From Octopus bimaculoides (taxonomy: Eukaryota): DNA of 64,000 nt. The position numbers and the translations under genes were made by a program. Of the stretch, positions 1 to 13,125 are shown one piece after another. The notes under the pieces were generated by a model, which was not told the origin of the DNA, searched no databases, and saw only the letters and a program-made list of their open reading frames with translations. The number at the start of each line of letters is the position of its first letter. The first letter of the stretch is position 1. The stretch spans positions 6,924,780 to 6,988,779 of the forward strand of contig NC_068991.1 in assembly GCF_001194135.2 (NCBI RefSeq), read 5' to 3'.

Positions 1-96
1 TAGGTTTGTGTGTGTGTATGGGGGGGGGAACATTGATATTAGCACACGTAGGTATTAGCATGACTGTAATTAAGACCATAACTTTTCCAGTGTAGT

Positions 97-155
<59 letters not shown>

Positions 156-160
156 TGCAC
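97..160. repeat. Compound (CT)n(AC)n microsatellite, representative of dozens of (AT), (CA), (CT), (TAA), (CAT), (ATAC), (GATA) and (GGAT) tracts
   Basis: Direct reading; other examples at 2589-2640, 2860-2965, 5550-5600, 17765-17885, 19310-19420, 19935-20005 and 32360-32540. Confidence 0.95.
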
Positions 161-951
161 ACGTAGCCTTTACTAAGACCACTGCAGCAGGTGAAATACG
201 TCTGGTGGCGCCAGTTGAATCAACAAGACATCAACCCTCATGATGCAAACTGGCGGTCAGGGAGAGAATAAAGCACCAACGATCTTTAAATTTGCATAAC
301 ATTAATAAACATCCATCAATGGATTTCCTAAATGGGTTGGCCTTCTGTCTTGCACTGCTTCCATTCACACCTCTCTCTCTTTCATTAGGTGTCACACACA
401 CACACAGAAGCTGATGGGTTGCCTGTCTCTAGGCTCAGTGGTAGGTTTTGGATAGTATATCAGTGAAGGGTATTGAGGGCCAAAAACGCTTTTTGAATAT
501 CTGAGCGGGCCTTCGTCTTTTAGTAAACGACAAAGAAAAAAAAGAAAGCCTTGCATAGCTGTGTGGTTAAGAAGTTTGATTTGCAACTAGGTGGTTTCAG
601 GTTCAATCCTATTGCATGGTACCTTGGGCAAATGTCTTTTATTATATCCAAAGGCCAACCAATCAATTCCTTATAAGTGAATTTGGTTGACAGCGTATCC
701 AGAAAGTTTGCTGCGAACATTTTTGCTGCGAACATTTTTGCTGCAGGAAAATTTACCTCAGGATTTTTGCCCATAGGAAAATTCACCGCATTGGAAATTT
801 TGCTCTAAGACGAAAGATGAATTGATCCCCTTGGTATGTAAGTGTTTCAACCAATGAGAAGGAGTAAAGCAATTACTTAACTCATTTAAAATTTATTCAT
901 CCGACAATATTTTTTTTTGTGTAGCAAAAATGGTTGCAGAAATTTCGCATG

Positions 952-1492
952 GTTTTCTATGGCTTGATGCCCTTCCTAACGTCAAGCACGCTGAGTGTAA
1001 TGGCTGCTTTTACATGCTACTGGCAAGGGTGCCATTTGTGTGACACCAGTATCTGCCATGACAGCGATTTTGCTCAGCTTCATGGGTCTTCTTCTCAAGC
1101 ATGGCACAATGCCAAAGGTTTTGGTCATTGCCTTCATGAAGCCTAACACTCGAAAGGAACTCAGCCACTTTGCCTCTGTAAGGCCCAACACTTGAAAAGA
1201 ACTCAACCACTTTGCCTCCATGAGCCCCAACATTCAAAAGATGAATGTTGGGCCTCACAGAGGCAAAGTGGCTGAGTTCCTTCCAAGCATTGGGCCTCAA
1301 GGAGGCAAAGTGGCTGAGTTCCTCTCAAGCGTAGGGCTTCTTTCAGTTTCTGTCTACCAAATCCACTTATAGGGTTTTGGTCTGCCCAAGGCTATAGTAG
1401 AAGGCATTTGCTCAAGGTGCCATACTATGGGACTGAACCTAGAATCATGTTGTTGGGAAGCAAGCATCTTACCACAAAGCCATGCCTGCACC
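952..1492 (-). mobile_element. Composite SINE with internal 42-bp repeats forming a palindrome
   Basis: Family A head at 1340-1492 (-), inverted 42-bp repeat blocks at 1138-1340, family B tail sequence at 952-1130. Confidence 0.7.
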
Positions 1493-2589
1493 CATAAAAT
1501 TATAATAGGATTTATTAAACTTCAAAAGGCTATAAGGGTCCACCCAAGGGAGATAAGAATCAAAGGGGTCCATAGGAGAAAAGGGTTTAAGAAACACTGA
1601 CCAAAACAATTAAAAGGGATTCAGGCATACTACTCAGTGAGATACCTGGAATATTTCTTTAAAAAAAAAGGCATTATGACATAAAGACAAATGTTCATAA
1701 TTAATTCAATTTTCAAACACTAGAAGAATATTGTCATAACCTTATAAACAAGATTTCAGAATACAATCCAGGCTAATTTAGACAGTTTTTTAGAAATGTC
1801 AAGCAACGTCACTTAAAACCACAACTAACCAACTTGACTTAATTATATTACAATTGAAATGGCAACCATTAAATAGCTCAAATGGTAGCATTTCCTATGT
1901 GAAGGTGGCAGCTTGCTTTCCTTATTGGTGTCTACATTTGAGTGTGTATGACAACGATGACCAACCAGGTTCAGCAAGAGAAAGAAAAAAACAATTTTTT
2001 TCTAAAAAAAAAAAAAAAACCCTAAAACCTACCACACCCAATACTTCTGTTCAACATCAGCCGTCATGGAATATGTCAAAGTGTCAAAAATACTGAAATC
2101 CAGTCAACAGTATCTCTCTCGCCCCCGNNNNNNNNNNNNNNNNNNNNNNNNNNNNNNNNNNNNNNNNNNNNNNNNNNNNNNNNNNNNNNNNNNNNNNNNN
2201 NNNNNNNNNNNNNNNNNNNNNNNNNNNNNNNNNNNNNNNNNNNNNNNNNNNNNNNNNNNNNNNNNNNNNNNNNNNNNNNNNNNNNNNNNNNNNNNNNNNN
2301 NNNNNNNNNNNNNNNNNNNNNNNNATATATAAGATAATGAGTAACAATCAAATAATGAAAGAAATAATAATAATAACAATCCTTTCTACTAAAGGCACAA
2401 GGCCTGAAATTTGGGGGAGTAGGATAACCGATTACATCAACCCCAGCGTTCCACTGATACTTAATCTATTATCCCAGAAAAGATGAAGGGTAAAGTCAAC
2501 CTGAGTTTGAACTCAGAACATAAAGACAGACGAAATGCTGCTAAGCATTTTGCCCAGCATGCTAACAATTCTGCCAGCTCAATGCCTAG

Positions 2590-2632
<43 letters not shown>

Positions 2633-2933
2633 TGATGATGAAAATGATATTACACAGAAAAGGTCTGTGAAATGTTGAAAGGCTATGTTTTTTTTCATGC
2701 TGATTTTATTATATTTGGTTTGGTTTTTGTTTCCTTCCCAAAATACACTCATTTCAATGAGATACATCTTCTTACTGAAAATACAAATTGAGAGTGGATT
2801 AAAACTCCCAGGATTCCATTGATAAATCTCACAGCTTCTCCCCTGACAAATAGCAGTTATATACATACATACATACATACATACATACATACATACATAC
2901 GTACATACATGCAGACAGGCATACATACATGTG

Positions 2934-2964
<31 letters not shown>

Positions 2965-4590
2965 TCTCTCTTTCTCTCATCTTGTTCACCTGTGAATCAA
3001 TCAAAAGGTACACATTAATAAATGTCCACAGTACCTTTTCAGCCTACCTAATTAATTACACAGAGCACAAGCTAGTATTCAGATGAATAAAGAGAACCTG
3101 CAGGCATTGACCAGCAACTATAGCAGCAGAAAATAAAATATTCCAGTTACAGGCAGATGAGTCAACTAAGTACATTCGAAAAGACAAAAAAAGATAGCCA
3201 CAACAAATGGAATTTATCCGTTCTGAGTTATGTATTCTTCATCAATGCTTTTAGAATAATGTAAAGAACACAAGAATATTATTCGTTATAAAACTATTAT
3301 TATTATTATTATTATTTGCAGTCAGTGACTGCAACTATGACCAGTCATGGATTTGGCATGGCTTAGTGATCTCTCTCCGTACTGGTCATAAAAGAGAAGC
3401 ATCCTGTCCACACTGTGAAGTGGTTGGCATTTGGAAGGGCATCCAGTTGTAAAAATTATGCCAAAAACTAATTTCACCTCTGCTAGTGCCACGTAAAAAG
3501 CACTGAATCCACCCTGCAGAGTGGTTGGTGTTAGGAAGAGCATCCAGCTGTAAAAACCCTGCCAAAACACACCCAGTAGCCAGGGGTAGTCTTCTACCTG
3601 GCCGTCTCCTGTCAACCATCCTACCCATACATGCACGGAAGACGGACATTAAACGATGATGATGATGATGAATTCCTTACCACTTCATATTATGGAACTA
3701 TAGAAACCTTCATAATTCTTTCTAAATTTGGCACAAGGCCAGCAATTCTAAGGGAAGGGTGTTAGCCAATTACATCAACCCCCACCAGTGCTAAACTTGA
3801 AAAGCTGAGGATCAAAGCCTCAGTGACATTTGAACTCAAAACCTAGAGCTAGAAGAAAAAATGTCACTATGTACTTTGTCTAGTGCGGTAACGATTCTGC
3901 CAGCACGCCAACTTTAGAATCCTTCATAATGGTTTCAAATTCTAGCGCAAGGCCAGCAATTTCAGTGAAGCAGGTAAGTCAATTACAACGACCTCAAGGC
4001 TCAGCTGCTGCTTATTTTACCAACTCTGAAAGGAAGAAAGGTAAATTCAGCCTCGGTGGAATTCAAACTTAGAATACACAGACAAAATGCTGCTAAGCAT
4101 TTTGCCCGGCATCTTGGTACTTATTTTATCGACCCAGAAAGGATGAAAGGCAAAATCAACCTCAGCAGGATTTGAGAGACGAAATGGCGCTAAGCATTTT
4201 GCCTGGCGCGGTAACAATTCTGCCCACTTGCCACTTTAGATGAAGCTGTAAATAACAGAAAGTAAAGACTGGGTTAAAAAAATAACCTTTGGATAGAAAA
4301 AGCCGAAAGCTGCCTGTGAGACTCAAACCTACCTCTTTAGTAAACATGACAGATGTTCTACCATTATACCAAAACAATCCTTCAAAATTCTTCATCTTTA
4401 GGAGGTTTGTTCTTACCAGCAAGAATTGTACGTTGTTTGTCATAGGAATTTAGAAACCAAGAGGGATATGATATCATTGTTTTTTAACCCTGGAACTGGG
4501 AGTAGATAAAACTATAAATAACAGTAGGCACCGGTGTGGCTATATGGTTAGAAGCTTGCTTCCCAACCGTATGGGTTTGGGTTCAGTCCC

Positions 4591-4764
4591 TGTTATGTCT
4601 CAAGTTACTGCTATCTAGCACCTTCGGATGATCTCTGCTCAACTGCTACACGACGGCTACTCAACTGTCAGTCCACTGTCAGTCGACTGCTACCACGATC
4701 AGACTACTTCTATTTATATGTCTTGGTCGAGCCTACTTCTTCGCTTGAGGGCGTCGACACAACA
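4591..4764. mobile_element. 174-bp putative solo LTR nested in a SINE head
   Basis: TGTT..AACA termini; 5-bp TSD GTCCC (4586-4590, 4765-4769); removing it restores the SINE motif gttcagtccc-atagcatggcacc. Confidence 0.75.
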
Positions 4765-4865
4765 GTCCCATAGCATGGCACCTTGGACAAGTGTTTTCTA
4801 CTATAGCTCTGGGCTGACCAAAAGCCTTGTAAGTGGATTTGGTAGAAGGAAACTGAAAAAAGCTC

Positions 4866-4903
<38 letters not shown>

Positions 4904-5546
4904 CTCCTCTCACCCCATGCCCCTGCCTGATAACTAGTGTTAGTTTAAAAGAGATCGATGGAATAAGTAGCAGATTTTTAAAATAGATAAGTACCGGGGC
5001 CGTCAATTTGTTTGATTAAACCCTTTAAGGCAGTGCACTAGTATGGCCACAACCAAACGACAGAAACAAGCTAAGGACAAAAGGGTTTAAAAATAATTTT
5101 TAAAAAATTTTTTAAAAGAGAGATTCGGAGAATGTCTTTGAGACCGAATCATTCGGTGAAATTCATTAAGAACCAAACTAAAACTTTGTGACCAGAAATA
5201 TTTATGAAAAATGAGAGGAACATTTGATAGCTTTACAAGCTATGAAATGTCTACGTTGAGATTATTTAGGATACAGTATCAACCGGCAGAGTGTTCTCAA
5301 TAAAGAAAATATGAAAATGAAAATTTAATATACCCCACAATCTATTGCTCTGTTACTGTCTGTCCATCTCTCTCTCTCTCTTTCTCTCTGCCCTACTGCT
5401 CTAAATATTGTGTCTGGTGGAAATTACAGCACAGTAAGCTAAAAGTGAATGAGAATGAGTCATTGGATGACTCAACACATGAGAGAAAAGAATTGAAGCT
5501 CTTTGCCATTGGAGGTAGCTTTAGCTCACCACAGACAGGGATTTTT

Positions 5547-5606
<60 letters not shown>

Positions 5607-5794
5607 CATTCATACTTACACACAAACACACACACACAAACTGAATTTGTAAAATGTCTTTCATGAAAAACATTGCTTCAAGCTTTCATACATAAATTAC
5701 TGAAAACAAATATATGCGTTGCTATGGATACACATATAAATACAAAAATACAAACATTAGCGAAAGAAAGGCGCAGCAGAATATATGTACCATG

Positions 5795-6242
5795 ACACAG
5801 GCATCGACTGTGCAGTTAAGAACACTAGCTTCATAACTATGCGGTCTTGGGTTCAATCCCACTGCATGGCATCTTTGGCGGGTGTCTTCTATTACAGTCC
5901 TGAGTAACCAAAGCTTTTTTAGTGGATTTGGGAGGCAGAAACTGAAAGAAGCCTGTTGTGTGTGTGTGCGTGCATGCGCATTATCATGCGTGTGCACATG
6001 TGTTTGGGTGTATCCTTGTCTTGACATCACACAATGGTTGTAAACAAGCATCACCATCATGCAAGTGGTGTCTTTCATTTCCAATCTTCCCTAAAAACAT
6101 GTCTGGCCACGGAGAAATATTATCTTGCTTGGAAACAGGTGAGGGTTGGTGACAGGAAGGGCACCCAGTCATAGAAAAATCTGCCTCAACAAATACCATC
6201 TGACCCATGCTAGCATGGAAAAGTAGACATTAAATGATGATA
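5795..6242 (+). mobile_element. SINE with family A head, alternative body and (GAT)n tail
   Basis: Head, (TG)n, body, then tail ggaagggcacccag..gcatggaaaagtagacattaaatgatgat; related copies at 15295-15640 (-) and 39880-40228 (+). Confidence 0.75.
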
Positions 6243-7347
6243 ATACATGGTCGATACAACTATACAGATGTAGAAACGGCGGCGGCAGTGGTGGTTGTTG
6301 TTTGATCAGGGACTACCTTGGCCTTAACAACAACAATATCTACAAAGGGGCTCTCCATGTGGTTGCTTGGCCTGCAAGAAAGAACAGCCAAATCTCCTTC
6401 AAATCACACAAGCTACCATCTCCAAAAACAAAACGAGGAAGTACACACTGGACAATGCAGATATGCCAAAATGATAAAATTGAAATGGATGGAATAATTT
6501 TGGTCAGAGATAAACTGATGAGATTCTGAGCTTTGCCAGGATGGGGGAGGGGGAAGAGTTTCTATATAAACGACAACAACAATTGTTAATTGCTCCACCA
6601 TTACTACCACCACCCCTACCAAAACCAATACTGACAGTGCTTCCGCTCCAACAGCAGCAGCAGCAAAGTTACCACCCTCTTACCATCATCTGACTCAGAC
6701 AGCTTCTCAAAGTGCTTTTTTCCAGAGACCATGTAATGAATTAACCAGTTGTGTGGTTTCTAAGATATTTCATGTCTATCTCATGCAACACGCCTGAATA
6801 ACGATGTGGCTGTGGTTGTACACGGTGTGTTAGTGTGTATATACACATACATAAGTAGTATATATATGTATAACTATATAGATAGATAGATAGGTGTGTG
6901 TGTGTGTATGTGTGTTAGTACACCTTCCACCATTTGACAACTAGTGCTGGCTTGTTTACCTCCCATAACTTAACAGTTCAGAAAAAGAGACCGATAGAAT
7001 AAGCACCAGATTTTAAAAAAAAAAAAAAGTACAGGAGACATTTGGTTGATAAACCCCTTCAAGATGGTATCCTAGCATTGCCATAGTGGTTTTGTCCCCA
7101 CTCAACTGCTTGACAGTAAATGATAAAAGACAGAATAGACGTTCACACACACATACACACACACATGGACCACACACCAATCTTTTACAAACTTATTGTA
7201 TAATATACACCAGCGGTACTCAGCCAGAGTCCATGTGATCCTTGTGGGTCCATATAAGATTCTGTTGTTAAAATTTATTCGCAATAAATTCTTTATACTT
7301 TTACAATACACAAAACATTTTAACAATTATTTTATACAATTATACAT

Positions 7348-7512
7348 AGGTGCAGGAGTGGATGTGTGGTTAGTAGCTTGCTTACCAACCTATTGATTCT
7401 GGGTTCAGTTCCACTGCAAGGCACCTTGGACAAGTATCTTCTACTATAACTTTGGGCCAACCAAAGCCTCAAGAGTGGATTTGGTAGATGGAAACTGAAA
7501 GAAGCCTGTCAT

Positions 7513-7578
<66 letters not shown>

Positions 7579-7800
7579 GTGTATATGTTTGTGTGTCTGT
7601 GTTTGTCCCAACCCCCACCATCACTTGACAACCAATGCTGGTGTGTTTACCCTGTAACCTAGCAGTTCAGCAAAAGAGACCGATATAATAGGTACTAGGC
7701 TTACAAAGAATAAGTCCTGGGGTCAATTTGTTTGACTAAAGGCGGTGCTCCAGCATGGCCGCAGTCAAACGACTGAAACGAATGAAAGAATAAGAGAAGA
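7348..7800 (+). mobile_element. tRNA-derived SINE family A (full-length example)
   Basis: Head aggtgcaggagtgg.tgtgtgg..ggttcagttcc, internal (AT)/(CA) tract, tail gaaac.agtaaaaga. Other copies or pieces at ~4527-5080, 15925-16292, 20480-20800, 32200-32370, 39390-39550, 41990-42245, 45516-45880 and 49683-49922 (-). Confidence 0.85.
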
Positions 7801-8488
7801 ATTCCTAATAATATTTAACTATGAAAATAGGATTTTCTGGACACCGAATGGCTATGGGGGTCCATCCAAGTAAACTAGGGACCAAAAGGGTCCATAAGAA
7901 CCATTGATATACGCTGATACATCAAACCCTTCCTCTTCAGCCAGATCACATACACACCTCACACCGACAACAAATCTAGTAAGAAGTGGTATATTATGGC
8001 CATTGTGGTAAATCTGAAATGTGTTTCCTGATAGTTGGAAAGTATTTGCTTTTAGAACTACAAGATTTCTTATCTTTAGGGGGAATGCATGATGTCTATG
8101 ATCTTCAGCATTTTGTGAATCAGTATATCAGTGAATAGAGAGTCTGCTAGGCCTGAAATTCTCCTCATGTGTAGGAATCTAGAAATAAAAAAAAAAACTG
8201 ATAAGATATTCCACTTAAACATCTAAATCTATTTGGCTTCTCTTCATGGCACTGACTTTTATCTTGGATTTAGTAGCAACGTTGTGTGTTCTCCAGGGGT
8301 TTTTTCTTCTTACCATTTTGATATCAATCTGCCTGAGACCGCGCCCAACTTCAATGATACAAAATTCCTGTTTTAAAATGGTCTAAATTTAAACCTTCCA
8401 TCAAAATTCCATATTAATTTGTGTTCCAAATATTAGCTTAATAATGACAAAGTTATTTTACTAAATTCTTCATTTTTTTTTTTTAAAA

Positions 8489-8765
8489 ACATGGGCTCTC
8501 AACACTACCATCATGAATGCCCTGGTTAAAGCGTAGCAGAAAATGAAATGAATCATGCTTGGTATCACACCGTGGGAGAAGAAAACCAACACCTGGGTCC
8601 GACAGTACATGAAAGTCAACGGGATCATAAGACCCATCAAAGAAAACAAATATAGACGGGTTGGCCACATCATGCGACTGAAGGGCAAGAGATGGACAAT
8701 CAGGGTGCCAGAATGAACACCGAAGACAATGGACATGATCAAGAGACCAACCAAAGACAAGATGT
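8489..8765 (+). pseudogene. RTE-like LINE ORF2 3' fragment
   Basis: TWALNTT..KA*QKMK*IMLGIT..NTWVRQ..VGHIMRLKGKRWTIRVPE*TP, with in-frame stops. Confidence 0.75.
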
Positions 8766-10093
8766 AAAAACAATGGCAAAGCAGACCTTGCCAGTGCTGG
8801 TGCCATGTAAAAAAACCATCCAGTCCAATCCCTAAAGTGGTTGGCATTACAAAGGGTATCCAGTTATAAAAACCATGCCAAGGCAGACAGTGGAGCTTGG
8901 TGCAGCCCTCTGGCTTGCCAGCTCCTGTCAAACCATCCACCCTATGCCAACATGGAAGACAGATATTAAACGATAATGATAGGGAAACCATTTATTAATC
9001 TCTTCAGTGAGACACTTGTTCTTGTTCCACTATCATCCTTTCATATCCCTCAATACTATATCCCACTCTGTTGAGGGGTCTTGCCTTATGGGTAACTCAG
9101 TGACCTCACCAGTGCTGGTGCCACATAAAATAAGCACCTGGTTAGTGTTAGGAAGGGCATTGAGCCCTAGAAAGCATGCCAATGCAGCCGTTTGGCTCAT
9201 CAGTTCCTTTTGAAGTAGCCACTCCATGCTGCTGCCACATTCACCACCACCATCAAGAGCAGCAGTAGCAGCAGCAGTAGTAGCAGTAAATTGAGTGTGA
9301 TGGTGGTAAAAGAATAAACAGTGAAGACCAACCTGTGAAGTCAAAGCAACTGCACCAAACAGCTGAAAGTATAAGCAGATTATTCCAAGCTATTGTGAAT
9401 TGTGATTCTTTCCATTAATGTGTTGAGTGATTCAAATGAAGACTAAATGTTAATGTATTACAGCAAATTGAGTTTTTGCTGCATGAGAATATCTACTTCA
9501 AATGATGTTTCATTTGATATCTAATTAAACTCATACAAATTATGCTATTAATTTGCTTCATATTCTCAATAAGCAATATTTCCAGCATCCATTAAGCTAT
9601 TTTCGGAAAACCAGATAAATTACAATCAGACTTCCATATATTTATTGTTAATAGAAAGCAATATGTAAGGCAACAAAAATTGCTTAGTGCCAGAAAAATG
9701 GCTTGGTGGTTGGTATTTCTTCTGACCTTATGTTCTGCATTCAAATACCGCCAGGGTTGACTTTGCCGTTCGTCCTTTTTGGGGTCAATAAAATAATAAG
9801 TACCAGGTGAACAATGGGGGTTAATGTAATTGACTTGTCCCCTCTCCCCAAATTTCTGGCCTCATGTCCAAAATTTGAAATCAATATAAGGCAATATATC
9901 TTTGAAATGTTAAGCAGCACCATCATTTCTCTTCCTAGTATCATCACCAATGATGTCACCTTTATGGTTGTGAGTTCTATGACTTAACCACAAGGCCGTA
10001 CACCTTTACTACAAACAAATGCAGATTACAAAGAAATACAGTTTTATTTGGAAAAGATATTTCCACCTCTGAGAAGAATAAATAGACACTTAC

Positions 10094-10228
10094 CATGACA
10101 TTTTCTGCGGACAGGACGTTACGTAAAACCATATGGTTACGTCTAAGGGCTGCTTTCATCTCTATCAGGTTTTCCAAATAGTTGAGAATATCTTTTATCT
10201 TGGTTGTTGGTGGCAACAATTCTAGGGC
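10094..10228 (-). CDS. VPS39: VPS39 exon 23 (last found)
   Basis: ALELLPPTTKIKDILNYLENLIEMKAALRRNHMVLRNVLSAENVM; tggcag / gtaagt; ends at a donor, so more exons follow. Confidence 0.95.
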
Positions 10229-10949
10229 CTGCCAGCATTCAAATAGACATAAAATTTAATATCAGCATTCATAAAGGTACAAAAGTCTATATATTAAAGT
10301 TTTGAATTTGCATTTCTCTCCCTGCCGCTGCTTGACAGCTGGTGATGGTTTGTTTATGTCCTTGTAACTTAGCACTTCAGGAACAAGGACTGATAGAATA
10401 AGTAGCAGACTTTGAAATAAGTCCTGGGGTTGATTTGTTTCACTAAACACTTACAGTCAGTGCCCCAGCATGGCCACAGTCCAATGAATGAAACAAGTAA
10501 AAAGATGAAAAAAAGCAAGCCATTACACTCAATGATACAAACCTACCCCCCAAATATGCAAACAGGGGGCAAAAATGAGAGGAAATACCTACAACTGCGA
10601 CAGGTCATAGCTACAACACCTTTAGAACACTCACGGGTTCAGACAGAAATGTATAATACAGAGGGGGGAAAAAAAAAGGAAAGCAAAACGATAGACAAAC
10701 ATGCCAGGAGCACTCACAGACAGCACATTTGGCCCACACATAGAAACAACAACACTAATGTACATATCCATTATGGAGAATGCCAATCTTGTCTGGGAAT
10801 CCAATCTTTCTCATCAACAAATCAAAACAAACTTCAAAGAAGAGAAAATAGCAGACTTCAGCTCACCACAGACCACCGACATAATGAAATAAAAATAGTT
10901 AAAATCAAAAAAAAAAATAAAACACCTGGATATGTGAAGAGTGTAATTT

Positions 10950-10963
10950 GTTGCCATGGCAAC
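10950..10963. promoter_or_regulatory. Perfect RFX X-box palindrome GTTGCCATGGCAAC (intronic)
   Basis: Exact 14-bp match to the RFX consensus, in unique (non-repeat-looking) sequence; function untested. Confidence 0.45.
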
Positions 10964-11423
10964 TTCAAGCTGCTCAGTCTCAGCCATTGAATGACCGATA
11001 ACTCTGAATCATCCAGACACATCTGCAACAGCGCTACCCCACTAGCTTTTGTAGCAATTGCCCAGGAACTAAAATGTACAGGAATAATGAAAGCAGACAC
11101 CCTTCGCAGATCAAGCTCGATTTCAAACAGTTATGATGGGTGGCTATTTAATTTGACTTTGACCACTCGGCAGATGCTGCTCCATATTAAAGACATCCAT
11201 CATCATCATCATCATCTCATAGCCTCCTCACAACATGGTCTAGAAGATTTAACCCCCCCCCCCACATCAACATGGCCTAGAAGAAATTAACTAACCAGGG
11301 TGCCATGCCACTGGTCAGTTCTGCTACAAGGCAGCACATTTGCTGAGAAATAAAAACTTTAATGGACATTGTCTAACAACAAATATATCAATTCCACAGA
11401 GCAATAATAAATCTATGATTCTA

Positions 11424-12417
11424 NNNNNNNNNNNNNNNNNNNNNNNNNNNNNNNNNNNNNNNNNNNNNNNNNNNNNNNNNNNNNNNNNNNNNNNNNNNNN
11501 NNNNNNNNNNNNNNNNNNNNNNNNNNNNNNNNNNNNNNNNNNNNNNNNNNNNNNNNNNNNNNNNNNNNNNNNNNNNNNNNNNNNNNNNNNNNNNNNNNNN
11601 NNNNNNNNNNNNNNNNNNNNNNNNNNNNNNNNNNNNNNNNNNNNNNNNNNNNNNNNNNNNNNNNNNNNNNNNNNNNNNNNNNNNNNNNNNNNNNNNNNNN
11701 NNNNNNNNNNNNNNNNNNNNNNNNNNNNNNNNNNNNNNNNNNNNNNNNNNNNNNNNNNNNNNNNNNNNNNNNNNNNNNNNNNNNNNNNNNNNNNNNNNNN
11801 NNNNNNNNNNNNNNNNNNNNNNNNNNNNNNNNNNNNNNNNNNNNNNNNNNNNNNNNNNNNNNNNNNNNNNNNNNNNNNNNNNNNNNNNNNNNNNNNNNNN
11901 NNNNNNNNNNNNNNNNNNNNNNNNNNNNNNNNNNNNNNNNNNNNNNNNNNNNNNNNNNNNNNNNNNNNNNNNNNNNNNNNNNNNNNNNNNNNNNNNNNNN
12001 NNNNNNNNNNNNNNNNNNNNNNNNNNNNNNNNNNNNNNNNNNNNNNNNNNNNNNNNNNNNNNNNNNNNNNNNNNNNNNNNNNNNNNNNNNNNNNNNNNNN
12101 NNNNNNNNNNNNNNNNNNNNNNNNNNNNNNNNNNNNNNNNNNNNNNNNNNNNNNNNNNNNNNNNNNNNNNNNNNNNNNNNNNNNNNNNNNNNNNNNNNNN
12201 NNNNNNNNNNNNNNNNNNNNNNNNNNNNNNNNNNNNNNNNNNNNNNNNNNNNNNNNNNNNNNNNNNNNNNNNNNNNNNNNNNNNNNNNNNNNNNNNNNNN
12301 NNNNNNNNNNNNNNNNNNNNNNNNNNNNNNNNNNNNNNNNNNNNNNNNNNNNNNNNNNNNNNNNNNNNNNNNNNNNNNNNNNNNNNNNNNNNNNNNNNNN
12401 NNNNNNNNNNNNNNNNN
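11424..12417. other. Assembly gap (largest); other gaps at 2128-2324, 19388-19397, 30138-30654, 41961-41970, 43944-44272, 44913-44986, 47378-47471, 49923-50175, 55911-56600, 60051-60258
   Basis: Runs of N, mostly flanked by microsatellites. Confidence 0.99.
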
Positions 12418-12485
12418 TATATATATATATATATATATACATGCATATGTATGTATGTGTGTGTATATATATGTATTGGTAATTA

Positions 12486-12539
<54 letters not shown>

Positions 12540-13125
12540 TCATACATACACACCTGTGTTGATATGTGTTTGGCTTTGGGTGTGTTTGTGCATGCGTGAA
12601 TGTAAGCACACTCATGTATGTTGATTTAAGGTCGTTGTTTTTACCTCTACAAAAGCATTAAAGAGAGTCACCAATCTCAAGAGAGAAATAAGGTTATCTC
12701 CAGCTAATATTAGTTACTTTATCGTTCTGACACGGATTCATTCCCCACCACCACCACCACCATAGATATATACATGCGTGTGTGTGTGTGTGTGTGCGCA
12801 CACACATATATGTACATACATACACATACATTTATATATATACACATAGATACTTGCATGTACATACACATATATATATCGTATACATAGTTGCATATAG
12901 ACATATATACACATATACAAACATACATTACATATATATGCACATATATGTACACACCAATGATCCTTTAGAACTAATTAATCCCAGTTGCAGTGGCACC
13001 TCTTTAAGCCAAAATACCAGGTTCATCTAGAGAAAAGACCTACATATATACACACAAACACATACACACACACACACACACACATACATACATACATACA
13101 TATGTACACACATGTACATAGGCAT

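Noticed and set aside
10430-10990. 186-aa gap-free plus-strand ORF
   Set aside because: Begins inside a SINE tail, has a non-ATG start, low-complexity composition and no family motif.
11324-12615. Long ORFs of 340-409 aa in the ORF track (also 29966-30689, 43825-44409, 49855-50416, 55884-56660, 59860-60336)
   Set aside because: They run through N gaps (X residues) and microsatellites; artefacts.
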